The translations under genes and the position numbers were made by a program. This document shows positions 48,762-58,207 of a stretch of 64,000 bases of DNA, piece by piece. Origin of the DNA: a virus. The stretch lies in IMG/VR virus record IMGVR_UViG_3300027972_000007, positions 106,171 through 170,170 of that record, one strand, 5' to 3'. The first letter of the stretch is position 1. Each line of letters opens with the position of its first letter. A model generated the notes under the pieces. That model saw only the letters and a list, made by a program, of their open reading frames with translations, did not search any database and was not told the DNA's origin.

Positions 48762-49549
48762 AAAATATATCTGAATTTGTAAATAAGATAATTTGTGGTG
48801 ATTGTCTGGAAGTAATGAAAGAAATTCCGGATAATTCTATAGATTTAGTTGTTACAAGTCCGCCATACAATATTGGGATTGATTATGATAGTTGTAATGA
48901 TTCATTATTGTGGCATAAATATTATAGACAATGTGAAAAATGGATGGAACAACTATATAAAGTTTTAAAAGATGATGGAAGATTTGTTTTAAACCATTAT
49001 TTATCGTTAGGTACTTCAGAAAAAAGATCTGCTCCTTTAATGGAATTAAATCATAGAGCTTGTGATTTAGGATTTAAACATCATTCTGTAGCATTATGGA
49101 TGGATTATACTATTTGTGCTCCAACTGCATGGGGAAGCTGGATGTCTGCAAGTGCGCCTTATATAAATTCGCCAATTGAAGGAATTTTAATATTATATAA
49201 AAATAGTTGGAAAAAACATGAAAAAGGTATTAGTGATATATCAAAAAATGATTTTATTAATTTAACTCATGGAAAATGGAATATTAAAACTGAAACAAAA
49301 GGGCTAACTAAAGCCAATTTCAGTATTGATTTGGCGAATAAATGTATTCAATTACTTTCTTATAAAAATGATATAATTTTAGACCCATTTATGGGTTCGG
49401 GCACAACAGCTGTTTCTTGTATTAAGAATGATAGAAGATATATTGGTATAGAGATAAGTCAAAATTATTGTAATATCGCCGAAGAAAGAATTAAGAAATT
49501 AGAACCGGAAATTGAAAGTAAAAAGAATTTAAGTAAATGGATAATGTAA
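48758..49549 (+). CDS. DNA methyltransferase, beta class (SPPY, likely m4C)
   Basis: TSPPY, DPFMGSGTT. Confidence 0.9.
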   Translation: MKNISEFVNKIICGDCLEVMKEIPDNSIDLVVTSPPYNIGIDYDSCNDSLLWHKYYRQCEKWMEQLYKVLKDDGRFVLNHYLSLGTSEKRSAPLMELNHRACDLGFKHHSVALWMDYTICAPTAWGSWMSASAPYINSPIEGILILYKNSWKKHEKGISDISKNDFINLTHGKWNIKTETKGLTKANFSIDLANKCIQLLSYKNDIILDPFMGSGTTAVSCIKNDRRYIGIEISQNYCNIAEERIKKLEPEIESKKNLSKWIM

Positions 49550-50116
49550 ATGGAATCATCAGTTATTAGAGTATTTTCAATTATTAGTAATATTAGGGAA
49601 TCTTTGAAGAAGAATAAAGAAATAGATATAGATAGATTAGTTTTTTTTAAAAGACTGGAAAGGATGCATGATTTTTTAAAAAAACATTATAAAAGAATTT
49701 ATAACGAAATAGAAAATTCTTTTTATACGTATGTTGATTTGAAATTGTTTTGTTATCATCAAATTATTCTTAATGATAGAGTTAAAGAACAAGATATTAA
49801 TCAAAAGAATGTTTTAGCAATAAAAGAAGAATATACAGAAAAAAATATAGAATTTAATAAAAAGGTATTGATAGCAATTGATAATAAAATGAGATTGGGT
49901 TCATTGAAAAAATATTTTATGATACGCAGTAATGGAATTTCATTGATTTATGAATTAATTAAGATTAAACGTTATATTAGTGTATATTTTTGGATTTTGA
50001 ATGATAAATTTTTTAAAGCTCATTTAGATGAAAGTGCTGAACATTTGAAATTTAGAAATAGTTGTATTTTATTTAAAAAACAAATTAAACTTTTTGAAAG
50101 GAGTTTATATGTCTAA
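49550..50116 (+). CDS. hypothetical protein (position resembles the gp59 helicase loader)
   Basis: Directly upstream of gp32; no clear motif. Confidence 0.4.
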   Translation: MESSVIRVFSIISNIRESLKKNKEIDIDRLVFFKRLERMHDFLKKHYKRIYNEIENSFYTYVDLKLFCYHQIILNDRVKEQDINQKNVLAIKEEYTEKNIEFNKKVLIAIDNKMRLGSLKKYFMIRSNGISLIYELIKIKRYISVYFWILNDKFFKAHLDESAEHLKFRNSCILFKKQIKLFERSLYV

Positions 50117-51056
50117 ATTAATGGATTTTGATTGGGGAGCTATTCAGAAAGGATTAGTATCTCAACAAGAAAAGAAAAAAGAGTATAAGAAGGATGAAAG
50201 ATTTTATACTCCAGATAAAGAGAAGGACGGGACTTTTCAGGGTACGATAAGATTTTTGCCTCCAAAAACTAAAAGTGGGTTGCCAGTCGTAAAAGTTTAT
50301 AACCACAATTTTGATTTTAATGGGAAATATATAAATGAAAATTGTCCAACCACTATAGGCAAGGAATGTCCAATTTGTAAAGCTAATGGAGAATTGTGGA
50401 ATTCAGGAAAACAAGATTTGGCTCGTCATCGTAAACGGAAGATAACGTATTTTAGCAACATTATAGTTGTTAAAGATGCCAAAAATGAGAAGAATGAAGG
50501 CAAGGTTTTTCTTTTTAGATATGGTGAAAAAATTCATAATATTATCATGGAGGCAATTGCTCCGAGTGATAAGGATGAAAAGCCAATTAATGTTTTTGAT
50601 TATTTAAAGGGTTGCGATTTTAAACTAAATTTATATGTCGAAGAAGTTTTGAATAAAATTTCTAATAAGAAGGACGTTTTTACTCAATTTGATAAGTGTA
50701 AATTTAGAAATTCTTCGGAGTTGTTTGACGGAAATGAAGAAAAGATTCTTAAGGTCCACGAACAAATATATGAATTGGATGATTTTATAAACCCAAGTAA
50801 TTTTAAAACATACGAAGAAATAGACGCAAGGTTTCAGAAAGTTCTTGGCGCAGCACCTAAAATTATAGTTAATGAAGAAAAGAAAGAAGAAAAAGTAATT
50901 GATATTCAACCAGAAAAAGTAATTGATATTCAACTAGAAAAAGTTACTGTTAAATTAGATAAAGAAGAAATTAAAGAAAAGGAGGTTGAAGATTTAGATT
51001 TGAATATTATTGATGATGACGACGATTTTATTAAGAAAGTTCGCGAGGGTAAGTAG
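50109..51056 (+). CDS. single-stranded DNA-binding protein (T4 gp32-like)
   Basis: DERFY, IRFLP, ENCPTTIGKECPIC, NEGKVFLFRYG, acidic tail. Confidence 0.95.
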   Translation: MSKLMDFDWGAIQKGLVSQQEKKKEYKKDERFYTPDKEKDGTFQGTIRFLPPKTKSGLPVVKVYNHNFDFNGKYINENCPTTIGKECPICKANGELWNSGKQDLARHRKRKITYFSNIIVVKDAKNEKNEGKVFLFRYGEKIHNIIMEAIAPSDKDEKPINVFDYLKGCDFKLNLYVEEVLNKISNKKDVFTQFDKCKFRNSSELFDGNEEKILKVHEQIYELDDFINPSNFKTYEEIDARFQKVLGAAPKIIVNEEKKEEKVIDIQPEKVIDIQLEKVTVKLDKEEIKEKEVEDLDLNIIDDDDDFIKKVREGK

Positions 51057-52063
51057 TGGAAAATAATTCACTGCTCAAAAAATATTTAGGAATTGTTCTT
51101 TCAACTTATTTCCCCGAAACTACTCAACACGATCAGGGAAATAAGTTTAATTTTCGCTGCAATATTTGCGGTGATAGTAAACAATCTAAGAAAAAGAAAA
51201 GAGGATGGTTATTATTATATAAAGGTACTTGGATTTTTAAATGTTGGAATTGTCCTACTCCAACGATGCTTGCAAAACAATGGTTAAAAATTTATTTCCC
51301 AGAATTTTATAGTATGTATATAAAAGAAATTTTGCAAACCGATGGGATAAAAAAACCAGAAAATGTAACAAAACAGATAATATTCGATGTTAAAGAGAAA
51401 GGTATAGAAGTCGATCAGTTACAGTATTTTATACCTTTCTCTAATGTTGATTTTAAATCTGAAAATTTTAAAATAGCATTAAAGATTTTGCAAGATAGAA
51501 GAATTCCAAAATACGTTTATAAAGATTGGTTTTTTTGTTTTGATAATAAATTTAGGGATAGAATTATTATACCTATTTATGATAAGGATAATAAAATTAT
51601 TTATTGGCAAGGCAGGACTATATTTAAGAATTTTGAGCCTAAATATATGAATTGTTCAGTTAATAAAACTAAAGTTATATTATCACAATTAGAAAAAGTA
51701 AATAAACAAAAACCAATATTAGTTTTTGAGGGATATATTGATTCTATTTTTGCTGATAATTCTATTAATGTTTTAGGTTATAATTTTGGTAAAGATGTTG
51801 AGAGAGAATTAGATAAATTGCAGTGTTATTATGTGATTGATTTTGAAACTGTAGAAGAAACTAAAAAAAGAATTTTAGAATTATTGCAAAAAGGGAAATA
51901 CATATTTAATTGGAAAAGATTTTTAAAATATAATAATATACCATTTAGAAAAAAATGGGATTTTAATGATTTATATATTTATATGAATAGAGATAAAAAT
52001 TTTACTTTTGAAGAATTGAAATGTTGGTTTACCAATAATTGGTTCGATAAAATTTATTTTTAA
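51056..52063 (+). CDS. DNA primase (T4 gp61-like)
   Basis: NFRCNICGDS zinc finger, RIIIP, WQGR, FEGYIDS, DFND. Confidence 0.92.
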   Translation: MENNSLLKKYLGIVLSTYFPETTQHDQGNKFNFRCNICGDSKQSKKKKRGWLLLYKGTWIFKCWNCPTPTMLAKQWLKIYFPEFYSMYIKEILQTDGIKKPENVTKQIIFDVKEKGIEVDQLQYFIPFSNVDFKSENFKIALKILQDRRIPKYVYKDWFFCFDNKFRDRIIIPIYDKDNKIIYWQGRTIFKNFEPKYMNCSVNKTKVILSQLEKVNKQKPILVFEGYIDSIFADNSINVLGYNFGKDVERELDKLQCYYVIDFETVEETKKRILELLQKGKYIFNWKRFLKYNNIPFRKKWDFNDLYIYMNRDKNFTFEELKCWFTNNWFDKIYF

Positions 52064-52074
52064 AAGGATAAAAT

Positions 52075-53028
52075 ATGAAAAAAATATTGCAGATCGATGG
52101 CGGCGGCCTGAAAGGTATAATACCGGCAATTATATTAGAAAATTTTGAAAAGAAAATTGGTAAACAGTGTTGTGACGTTTTCGATCTTATTTGTGGTACT
52201 TCTACTGGCGCTGTTATTGGTGGCGTTTTAGCATCAGGCGTTACGCCCGCGAGTACCATTAAAAAAATGTATGTTGAAAAAGTACCAAAATTATTTACTC
52301 CGAGAGTACCATTATTTCCATTTTTAGGAACTTTATTTAAAGGTTCAAAATATGATAAAGAGGAATTTATAGAATTGATAAAAAAATATACTGGCCATAA
52401 AAAAATGAAAGATGCTAATACATTGTTTATGGCAACCACTATGAATTTATGTTCCGGTAGAACTCATTTTATTTATTCAGACGACGCGTATGAGAAAGAT
52501 TACTATATATGGGAAATAATATCTTGGTCTGCTTTATCTGCAGCAGCATATTTTGGTAAAATAAATGTGCCGGGATTTATATGGGATGATTTTTTGCCTG
52601 ACGGGTCTGTTATAGAAGATATAAAAGGCGGAGTTTTTCAGGATGGAGGTCAAGGAATAAATAATTGTACTTTAGGAACAGCGACGCTTATTTCTGTTGC
52701 TAAAAAATGGTTCGATGAAGGCGTAGTAATTTTATCTATAGGATGCGGTGATTATCATAAAGCAGAAACATATGAAGAAGCATCTAAAACCGGTTGGTTA
52801 GGCCAAGTAGTAGATTTTTTTACACAGGCAAGAAATGAAGCACAAATAACGCAATATATGGCATCAAGATATATTTCAATAACAAGAAAAGAAAATTATA
52901 CTTTAGTAAGAGTAAATTGTTTTATGCCAAAAAAAGCTGATACATTGGACGGAGTAAAATATGTCGATACTTATCAAACACTCGGCAATCAATTAAAAGA
53001 TTCGATACCGTTTGAATTATTTAAATAG
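52075..53028 (+). CDS. patatin-like phospholipase
   Basis: DGGGLKG, GTSTG, DGG. Confidence 0.9.
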   Translation: MKKILQIDGGGLKGIIPAIILENFEKKIGKQCCDVFDLICGTSTGAVIGGVLASGVTPASTIKKMYVEKVPKLFTPRVPLFPFLGTLFKGSKYDKEEFIELIKKYTGHKKMKDANTLFMATTMNLCSGRTHFIYSDDAYEKDYYIWEIISWSALSAAAYFGKINVPGFIWDDFLPDGSVIEDIKGGVFQDGGQGINNCTLGTATLISVAKKWFDEGVVILSIGCGDYHKAETYEEASKTGWLGQVVDFFTQARNEAQITQYMASRYISITRKENYTLVRVNCFMPKKADTLDGVKYVDTYQTLGNQLKDSIPFELFK

Positions 53029-53039
53029 AGGAGATTAAG

Positions 53040-53663
53040 ATGAAAATTATTAAACCAAGTTTTGAAATTATGGATAACGTTGATGGAATTAAGTTATTAA
53101 AAAACATTGAGAGATATGGCAGAATATGTTATAAGACAGAAGGAAAAATAACAGAAGAATCTTATAAAGAGTTTGTTAAAAAAAGAATAGATGAAGGACA
53201 TGAAGCAATTATTGAACACGAAAAAATTACAGTAATAATAACTTGTGATAGAGGAGTAACACACGAAATTGTAAGACACAGAATAGCAAGTTATTCGCAA
53301 GAATCGACTCGTTATTGTAATTATTCTAATGATATTTTTGGAAATGAAATAACAGTTATTGAACCGTTTTTTCTTGTAGATAAGCCATTACCTTATAAAA
53401 TTTGGGAACACTCTTGTTTATATAGTGAAGTAAAATATTTCGATTTATTAAATGCAGGATCGACGGCACAAGAGGCAAGATCAGTTTTGCCTAATTCTTT
53501 AAAAACCGAAATAGTAGTTACAATGAATTTAAGAGAGTGGAGACATTTTTTTAAATTAAGAACAGCCAAATCAGCTCACCCACAAATGAGAGAAATTACT
53601 ATTCCAATGCTGGCTAAATTTAAAGAATTAATTCCAATCATTTTTGATAATATTAATAATTAG
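53040..53663 (+). CDS. thyX: flavin-dependent thymidylate synthase
   Basis: GHEAIIEH, RGVTHEIVRHRIASYSQESTRY. Confidence 0.97.
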   Translation: MKIIKPSFEIMDNVDGIKLLKNIERYGRICYKTEGKITEESYKEFVKKRIDEGHEAIIEHEKITVIITCDRGVTHEIVRHRIASYSQESTRYCNYSNDIFGNEITVIEPFFLVDKPLPYKIWEHSCLYSEVKYFDLLNAGSTAQEARSVLPNSLKTEIVVTMNLREWRHFFKLRTAKSAHPQMREITIPMLAKFKELIPIIFDNINN

Positions 53664-53669
53664 GGGGGT

Positions 53670-53942
53670 GTGTTTATGATAAGTAAAAAAACTTGGCAAG
53701 AATTTAGAAATACTGGTTTATTATTTTTTATAAATCAGATACTTCATGTTTTTGGATGGGCTATTGTAGTTGCTTTTAAAAATTATGATAGTGAAAAAGA
53801 TGAAGGAGAAATAAATGATGTTTATCCTGCAAGAGTTACATTTCGCGGATTTGGAGAAAAATCAATAGATAAAGGTTATAAAGCAATTTCAAAATTTATG
53901 AAAGATAATGCAGATGAATTATTGAAAGAGGCAAACGAATAA
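53670..53942 (+). CDS. hypothetical phage protein
   Basis: WQEFRNTGLLFFINQILHVFGW...RVTFRGF. Confidence 0.6.
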   Translation: MFMISKKTWQEFRNTGLLFFINQILHVFGWAIVVAFKNYDSEKDEGEINDVYPARVTFRGFGEKSIDKGYKAISKFMKDNADELLKEANE

Positions 53943-54523
53943 TGAAATTTTTAGGTATAGATAGTAGTTCGAAAAGTACTGGTTGGGCATTAATAGAAGA
54001 TAAAAAACTTATAGAATATGGTAAAATTAATCCAACTGATATTTCGTCTTATTGCCAAAAATTAAATCTATTTTATGTTGAAATTGGTAAAATATTTGAA
54101 AGATTCAGACCAGATAAAATAGCTATAGAAGAAACTGTTTTTGTAAGAAATTCAAAATCTTTTCGAGTATTAGCGAGGATACATGGAGTAATTTTATTGG
54201 CAGTTTATCAATATTTAAATGAAGAACCAGTATTATATGAGCCATCTAAATGGAAAAAAATGTTAGATGATTGCAATGGTTCAGCTAAAAAATATGAAAT
54301 ACAATTATCTGTTTGTAAAATTTATAATTTAATGAAAATAGAAAAAATTCAATCATATTTGAAAAGAGCTGAAAGTATAAAAAATGATAGTAAATTGAAT
54401 AAAAAAGAAAAGAATAAATTATTTGATCAATTGAGTATTGAAATTTATTCAGAAAGTGGAATTAATAATGATATTGCCGATGCTATTGGTATAACTACAG
54501 TTTTAGAAAAGGAGTTGAAATGA
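53942..54523 (+). CDS. RuvC-like Holliday junction resolvase
   Basis: LGIDSSSKSTGW, IAIEE, PSKWKK, DIADAIGI. Confidence 0.8.
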   Translation: MKFLGIDSSSKSTGWALIEDKKLIEYGKINPTDISSYCQKLNLFYVEIGKIFERFRPDKIAIEETVFVRNSKSFRVLARIHGVILLAVYQYLNEEPVLYEPSKWKKMLDDCNGSAKKYEIQLSVCKIYNLMKIEKIQSYLKRAESIKNDSKLNKKEKNKLFDQLSIEIYSESGINNDIADAIGITTVLEKELK

Positions 54524-54726
54524 TAACCAGAACTATATTAGATGTTTTGAAAGAATATATTGATGCTAAAATTAATTTAGAAAGATATTGTGATGCCGAC
54601 GATTCTAACGATTTTAAAGAAGCAGACGAAAGATTGGAAAAAGCAGAAAAAGTATTAGAAGAAGCAAATGAAAGATTTATAATTATAGCTAAACAAATTG
54701 ATGAAAGGATTAAAGATGGAAAGTAA
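54520..54726 (+). CDS. hypothetical protein
   Basis: Operon-packed ORF. Confidence 0.45.
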   Translation: MITRTILDVLKEYIDAKINLERYCDADDSNDFKEADERLEKAEKVLEEANERFIIIAKQIDERIKDGK

Positions 54727-55648
54727 TTTATCAAATTTTATGCAAATTGAAAAGGCTAAGAATAAAATTTTAATTTTTGATTTTCATAATTTATGTTATC
54801 GAACTATTTTTGTAGCAGCAAATGAATTTAGAAATAATCAAACAAAAGTTTTTGATAGAGATCCCGAAATGAAGGATTTATATCAATATTGGAAACATAT
54901 AGTTTTAAATGCATTTTTTTATAATAGTTTAGAAAAAAATCCAAGTAAAATTATTATTGCAGTAGATGAAAGGAATAGTTGGAGAAAAAAAGTATATTCT
55001 GGTTATAAAGAAAATAGAGCTAAAAGTAGAGAAGATTCGCTGGTAGATTTTGGAACGTTTTTTCCAATAATGAATGAGTTTATAAATAATTTAAAAGAGA
55101 TGTTTCCGAATGTTTATATTCTCAAAGTAAATGAATGTGAAGCTGATGATATTATAGCAGTTTTAACAGCAGAATTAGCAAAAGACGATAATCGTATTGA
55201 ATTAATTAGTACAGATAAAGATTTTTATCAACTTCACAAATTTAAAAATTTTAAACAGTTTAATCCCATCAAAAAAGAATATGTAGTTTCAATGAATCCC
55301 AAAAAAGATTTAGAAGTAAAAATTTTAACGGGCGATAAGGGAGACGATATTCCAGCAGTTAGAGAACGTTTAGGAGAAAAAACTGCAGAGAAATTATTAA
55401 ATGAGGGATTAGAAGAATTATTACAAGACGAAGTTGTAAAAAAGAATTTTATTAGAAATAGAGAATTAATAGATTTTGATTATATACCGGCAAATTTAAA
55501 GGAAAAAATTATTCAAGAATATAAAAATTATCCTTTGAATACTATGGATAGAAGTATTATTTGGGCTTGGTTATTAAGAGAAAAATTAAAAAAATTAGCA
55601 GACGAATTTCAAAAATTTGTTTTGTTGTTTAATAATTTGAACTCATAA
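54716..55648 (+). CDS. rnh: T4 RNase H-like 5'-3' exonuclease
   Basis: SWRK..Y..YK.NR, EADDIIA, STDKDF, GDKGDDIP. Confidence 0.92.
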   Translation: MESNLSNFMQIEKAKNKILIFDFHNLCYRTIFVAANEFRNNQTKVFDRDPEMKDLYQYWKHIVLNAFFYNSLEKNPSKIIIAVDERNSWRKKVYSGYKENRAKSREDSLVDFGTFFPIMNEFINNLKEMFPNVYILKVNECEADDIIAVLTAELAKDDNRIELISTDKDFYQLHKFKNFKQFNPIKKEYVVSMNPKKDLEVKILTGDKGDDIPAVRERLGEKTAEKLLNEGLEELLQDEVVKKNFIRNRELIDFDYIPANLKEKIIQEYKNYPLNTMDRSIIWAWLLREKLKKLADEFQKFVLLFNNLNS

Positions 55649-55703
55649 CATATTAGTAATATGCCGTTATTTATTCTTATAATAATAAAATATTAATAGT
55701 GAA

Positions 55704-56156
55704 ATGACAGAACACAATTTTTTTAATGTAGCAAATAAATCGAAATTTCTTGGTTCTTCTAATCCCATTTATCGTTCGTCGTGGGAAAAAAGAATAATGA
55801 CATTTTGTGATATTAATGAACGAGTGAAAAGATGGGGTTATGAATATGTTACTATACCATATTATGGCGGCGATGGTAAACAGCATCGGTATATTATAGA
55901 TTTTTATATAGAAATTTTAGATAATAGTAATAAATTACGAAAATGTTTGGTTGAAGTGAAGCCAATGAAAGATTCAGTTAAACCTAAACCGCCAAAAGTT
56001 AATAATAGAAAAGCAATGTTTCGATATATTTACGAATTAAATACTTTTAAGAAAAATACTAATAAATGGAATGCGGCAAGAATGTTTTGTGAAAGTAAAA
56101 ATTTAGAATTTCATGTTTTAACTGAAGCTACAATTAAAAGATTTGGTGCTCTATAA
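55704..56156 (+). CDS. head completion nuclease (T4 gp4/TnsA-like)
   Basis: YRSSWE, IPY...HRYIIDF, VEVKP, KWNAA. Confidence 0.88.
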   Translation: MTEHNFFNVANKSKFLGSSNPIYRSSWEKRIMTFCDINERVKRWGYEYVTIPYYGGDGKQHRYIIDFYIEILDNSNKLRKCLVEVKPMKDSVKPKPPKVNNRKAMFRYIYELNTFKKNTNKWNAARMFCESKNLEFHVLTEATIKRFGAL

Positions 56157-56341
56157 TGTTTAATATTTCTCAGGCAGTCAATAAAAAAACTAGTAGAATG
56201 AATATAGGAGAAATTAAGGATGCTATTAAATTAGTAAAAGAAGTTATTGATAATGATAATTTTCAATATGATAAAAAATTGTTTAGAGATAGAATGGACG
56301 AACTTGTAGAACAATTAAAGATAAGAGAGGAAAGAATGTAA
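56156..56341 (+). CDS. hypothetical protein
   Basis: TAATG-coupled on both sides. Confidence 0.5.
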   Translation: MFNISQAVNKKTSRMNIGEIKDAIKLVKEVIDNDNFQYDKKLFRDRMDELVEQLKIREERM

Positions 56342-58089
56342 TGAATAATATAGTGGAGGATTATGTAGATAATAATGATTGGAGGGTAAAAGAAAATGCT
56401 AATGTTGGTTATTCATTGGGCGGTTTAATTCTACATAATAGCGGCGCATTAACAGCTAATTATTGGTTATATGAGATTTATGATAAAAAGATTAGAGATT
56501 ATCATAAAAAAGGTTATTTTCATATTCATGATTTATCGATGCTTTCGACCTACTGCTGCGGGTGGAGTTTGAGAGATTTAATTTATAAAGGATTGTGCGG
56601 CGTAGAAAATAAAGTATCATCAAAACCACCAAAACATTTACATAGTTTATGTCAAACAATAATTAATTTTTTTGGTGTGATGCAAAACGAGTCCGCAGGC
56701 GCACAAGCTTTTAGTTCTTTCGATACATATTTAGCACCTTTTGTTAGAGAAGATAAGTTAAAATTTGAAGAAGTTAAACAGTGTATTCAATCATTTATTT
56801 TTGGTGTCAATGTGGCTTCGAGATGGGGTTCACAGAGTCCTTTTACTAATATTACTATAGATTGGAAAGTTCCAAATGATTTGAAAGATCAACATGCTAT
56901 AGTTGCAGGAAAGGATTTAAAAACTACATATTCAGATTATCAAGAAGAGATGGATATAATTAATAAAGCATTGATAGAAATTATGATTGAAGGAGACGCT
57001 AATGGAAGAATCTTTAATTATCCAATAATTACATATAATATAACAAAAGATTTTGATTGGAATTCACATAATGCAAATTTGCTTTTTAAAATGGCAGGTA
57101 AATATGGACAATGTTATTTTGCTAATTTTATTCATAGCGACTTAGACCCATCGGATATTCGCTCCATGTGCTGCAGGCTTAGACTCGATAAGAGAGAGTT
57201 AGTAAGAAGAGCTGGTGGATTATTTGGTGCGGGTGAATTAACGGGCAGCGTTGGCGTAGTTACACTCAATATGCCGCGTATTGGTTATACAGCAAAAAAT
57301 AAAGAAGAATATTTTAGTTTATTATCAGAAACTATGGATATTGCTAAAAATTCATTAGAATTAAAAAGAGAGGCTTTAAATGATTTTTTAAATAGAGGTT
57401 TATATCCTTATATTAGAAATTATTTAAAAAATTGGAATAATCATTTTTCAACGATTGGTTTGGTTGGAATGAATGAGTCAGTTTTAAATTTTCTAAAAAA
57501 AGATTTAACGCACGAAGATTCTATAAATTTTACTCTCGAAGTATTAGATTTTATGAATAAGAAATTATCAGATTATCAAGAAAAGACAGGTAATTTATAT
57601 AACCTCGAAGCATCACCGGCGGAGGGAACAAGTTATAGATTAGCAAGAATTGATAAAAAAAGATATAAAAATATTATTCAATCAGGAGATGGCGAGCCAT
57701 ATTACACTAATTCAACACAATTACCAGTTAATTGGTCAGATGATTTGTTTGCTTCATTAGATATACAAGATAGAATTCAGGTTAAGTATACTGGGGGAAC
57801 TGTATTTCATTGTTTTTTGGGTGAAGCAATTGATGATTTTGTTACTGTTAGAAATTTAGTGAAAAAAATAGCAAATAATTATAAAATTCCTTATTTTACT
57901 ATAAGTCCAGTATTTTCTACTTGTAAAGATCATGGGTATTTAAAAGGCGAACATTTTAATTGTCCGAATTGCGGTGGAAAGACTGAAATTTATTCGAGAA
58001 TTGTAGGATATTATAGACCACTTGAAAATTGGAATAGCGGCAAAAAATCCGAATATTCTAAAAGAAAAAGTTTTAAATTGAAGGAATAG
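56341..58089 (+). CDS. nrdD: anaerobic (class III) ribonucleotide reductase, no ATP cone
   Basis: DWRVKENAN, HIHDL, SMCCRL, PAEGTSYR, CxxH..CxxC, YSRIVGYYRP glycyl loop. Confidence 0.96.
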   Translation: MNNIVEDYVDNNDWRVKENANVGYSLGGLILHNSGALTANYWLYEIYDKKIRDYHKKGYFHIHDLSMLSTYCCGWSLRDLIYKGLCGVENKVSSKPPKHLHSLCQTIINFFGVMQNESAGAQAFSSFDTYLAPFVREDKLKFEEVKQCIQSFIFGVNVASRWGSQSPFTNITIDWKVPNDLKDQHAIVAGKDLKTTYSDYQEEMDIINKALIEIMIEGDANGRIFNYPIITYNITKDFDWNSHNANLLFKMAGKYGQCYFANFIHSDLDPSDIRSMCCRLRLDKRELVRRAGGLFGAGELTGSVGVVTLNMPRIGYTAKNKEEYFSLLSETMDIAKNSLELKREALNDFLNRGLYPYIRNYLKNWNNHFSTIGLVGMNESVLNFLKKDLTHEDSINFTLEVLDFMNKKLSDYQEKTGNLYNLEASPAEGTSYRLARIDKKRYKNIIQSGDGEPYYTNSTQLPVNWSDDLFASLDIQDRIQVKYTGGTVFHCFLGEAIDDFVTVRNLVKKIANNYKIPYFTISPVFSTCKDHGYLKGEHFNCPNCGGKTEIYSRIVGYYRPLENWNSGKKSEYSKRKSFKLKE

Positions 58090-58090
58090 A

Positions 58091-58207
58091 ATGTTAAATA
58101 CTATTACGGTTGAAAAATTACATTCAAGGGATTATAGAGGGAATGTTTATAATCTTGAAGTAGAAGATAATCATAATTATTTTGTTGATGATATTTTAGT
58201 TTCAAAT
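58091..58207 (+). other. split intein C-fragment (IntC)
   Basis: Block F VYNLEV..NHNY, terminal Asn at 58205-58207, Cys+1 at 58208-58210. Confidence 0.9.

Noticed and set aside
50886-50945. 24-bp tandem duplication in the gp32 tail (EKVIDIQx twice)
   Set aside because: Real but likely neutral slippage in a disordered linker
53942-54523. Cas12/TnpB-type nuclease
   Set aside because: Only 193 aa, no zinc finger or guide locus; fits a RuvC-like resolvase
55704-56156. Tn7 TnsA transposon gene or homing endonuclease for the intein
   Set aside because: Matches the T4 gp4 head-completion pattern; no other tns genes, and it is not adjacent to either intein half
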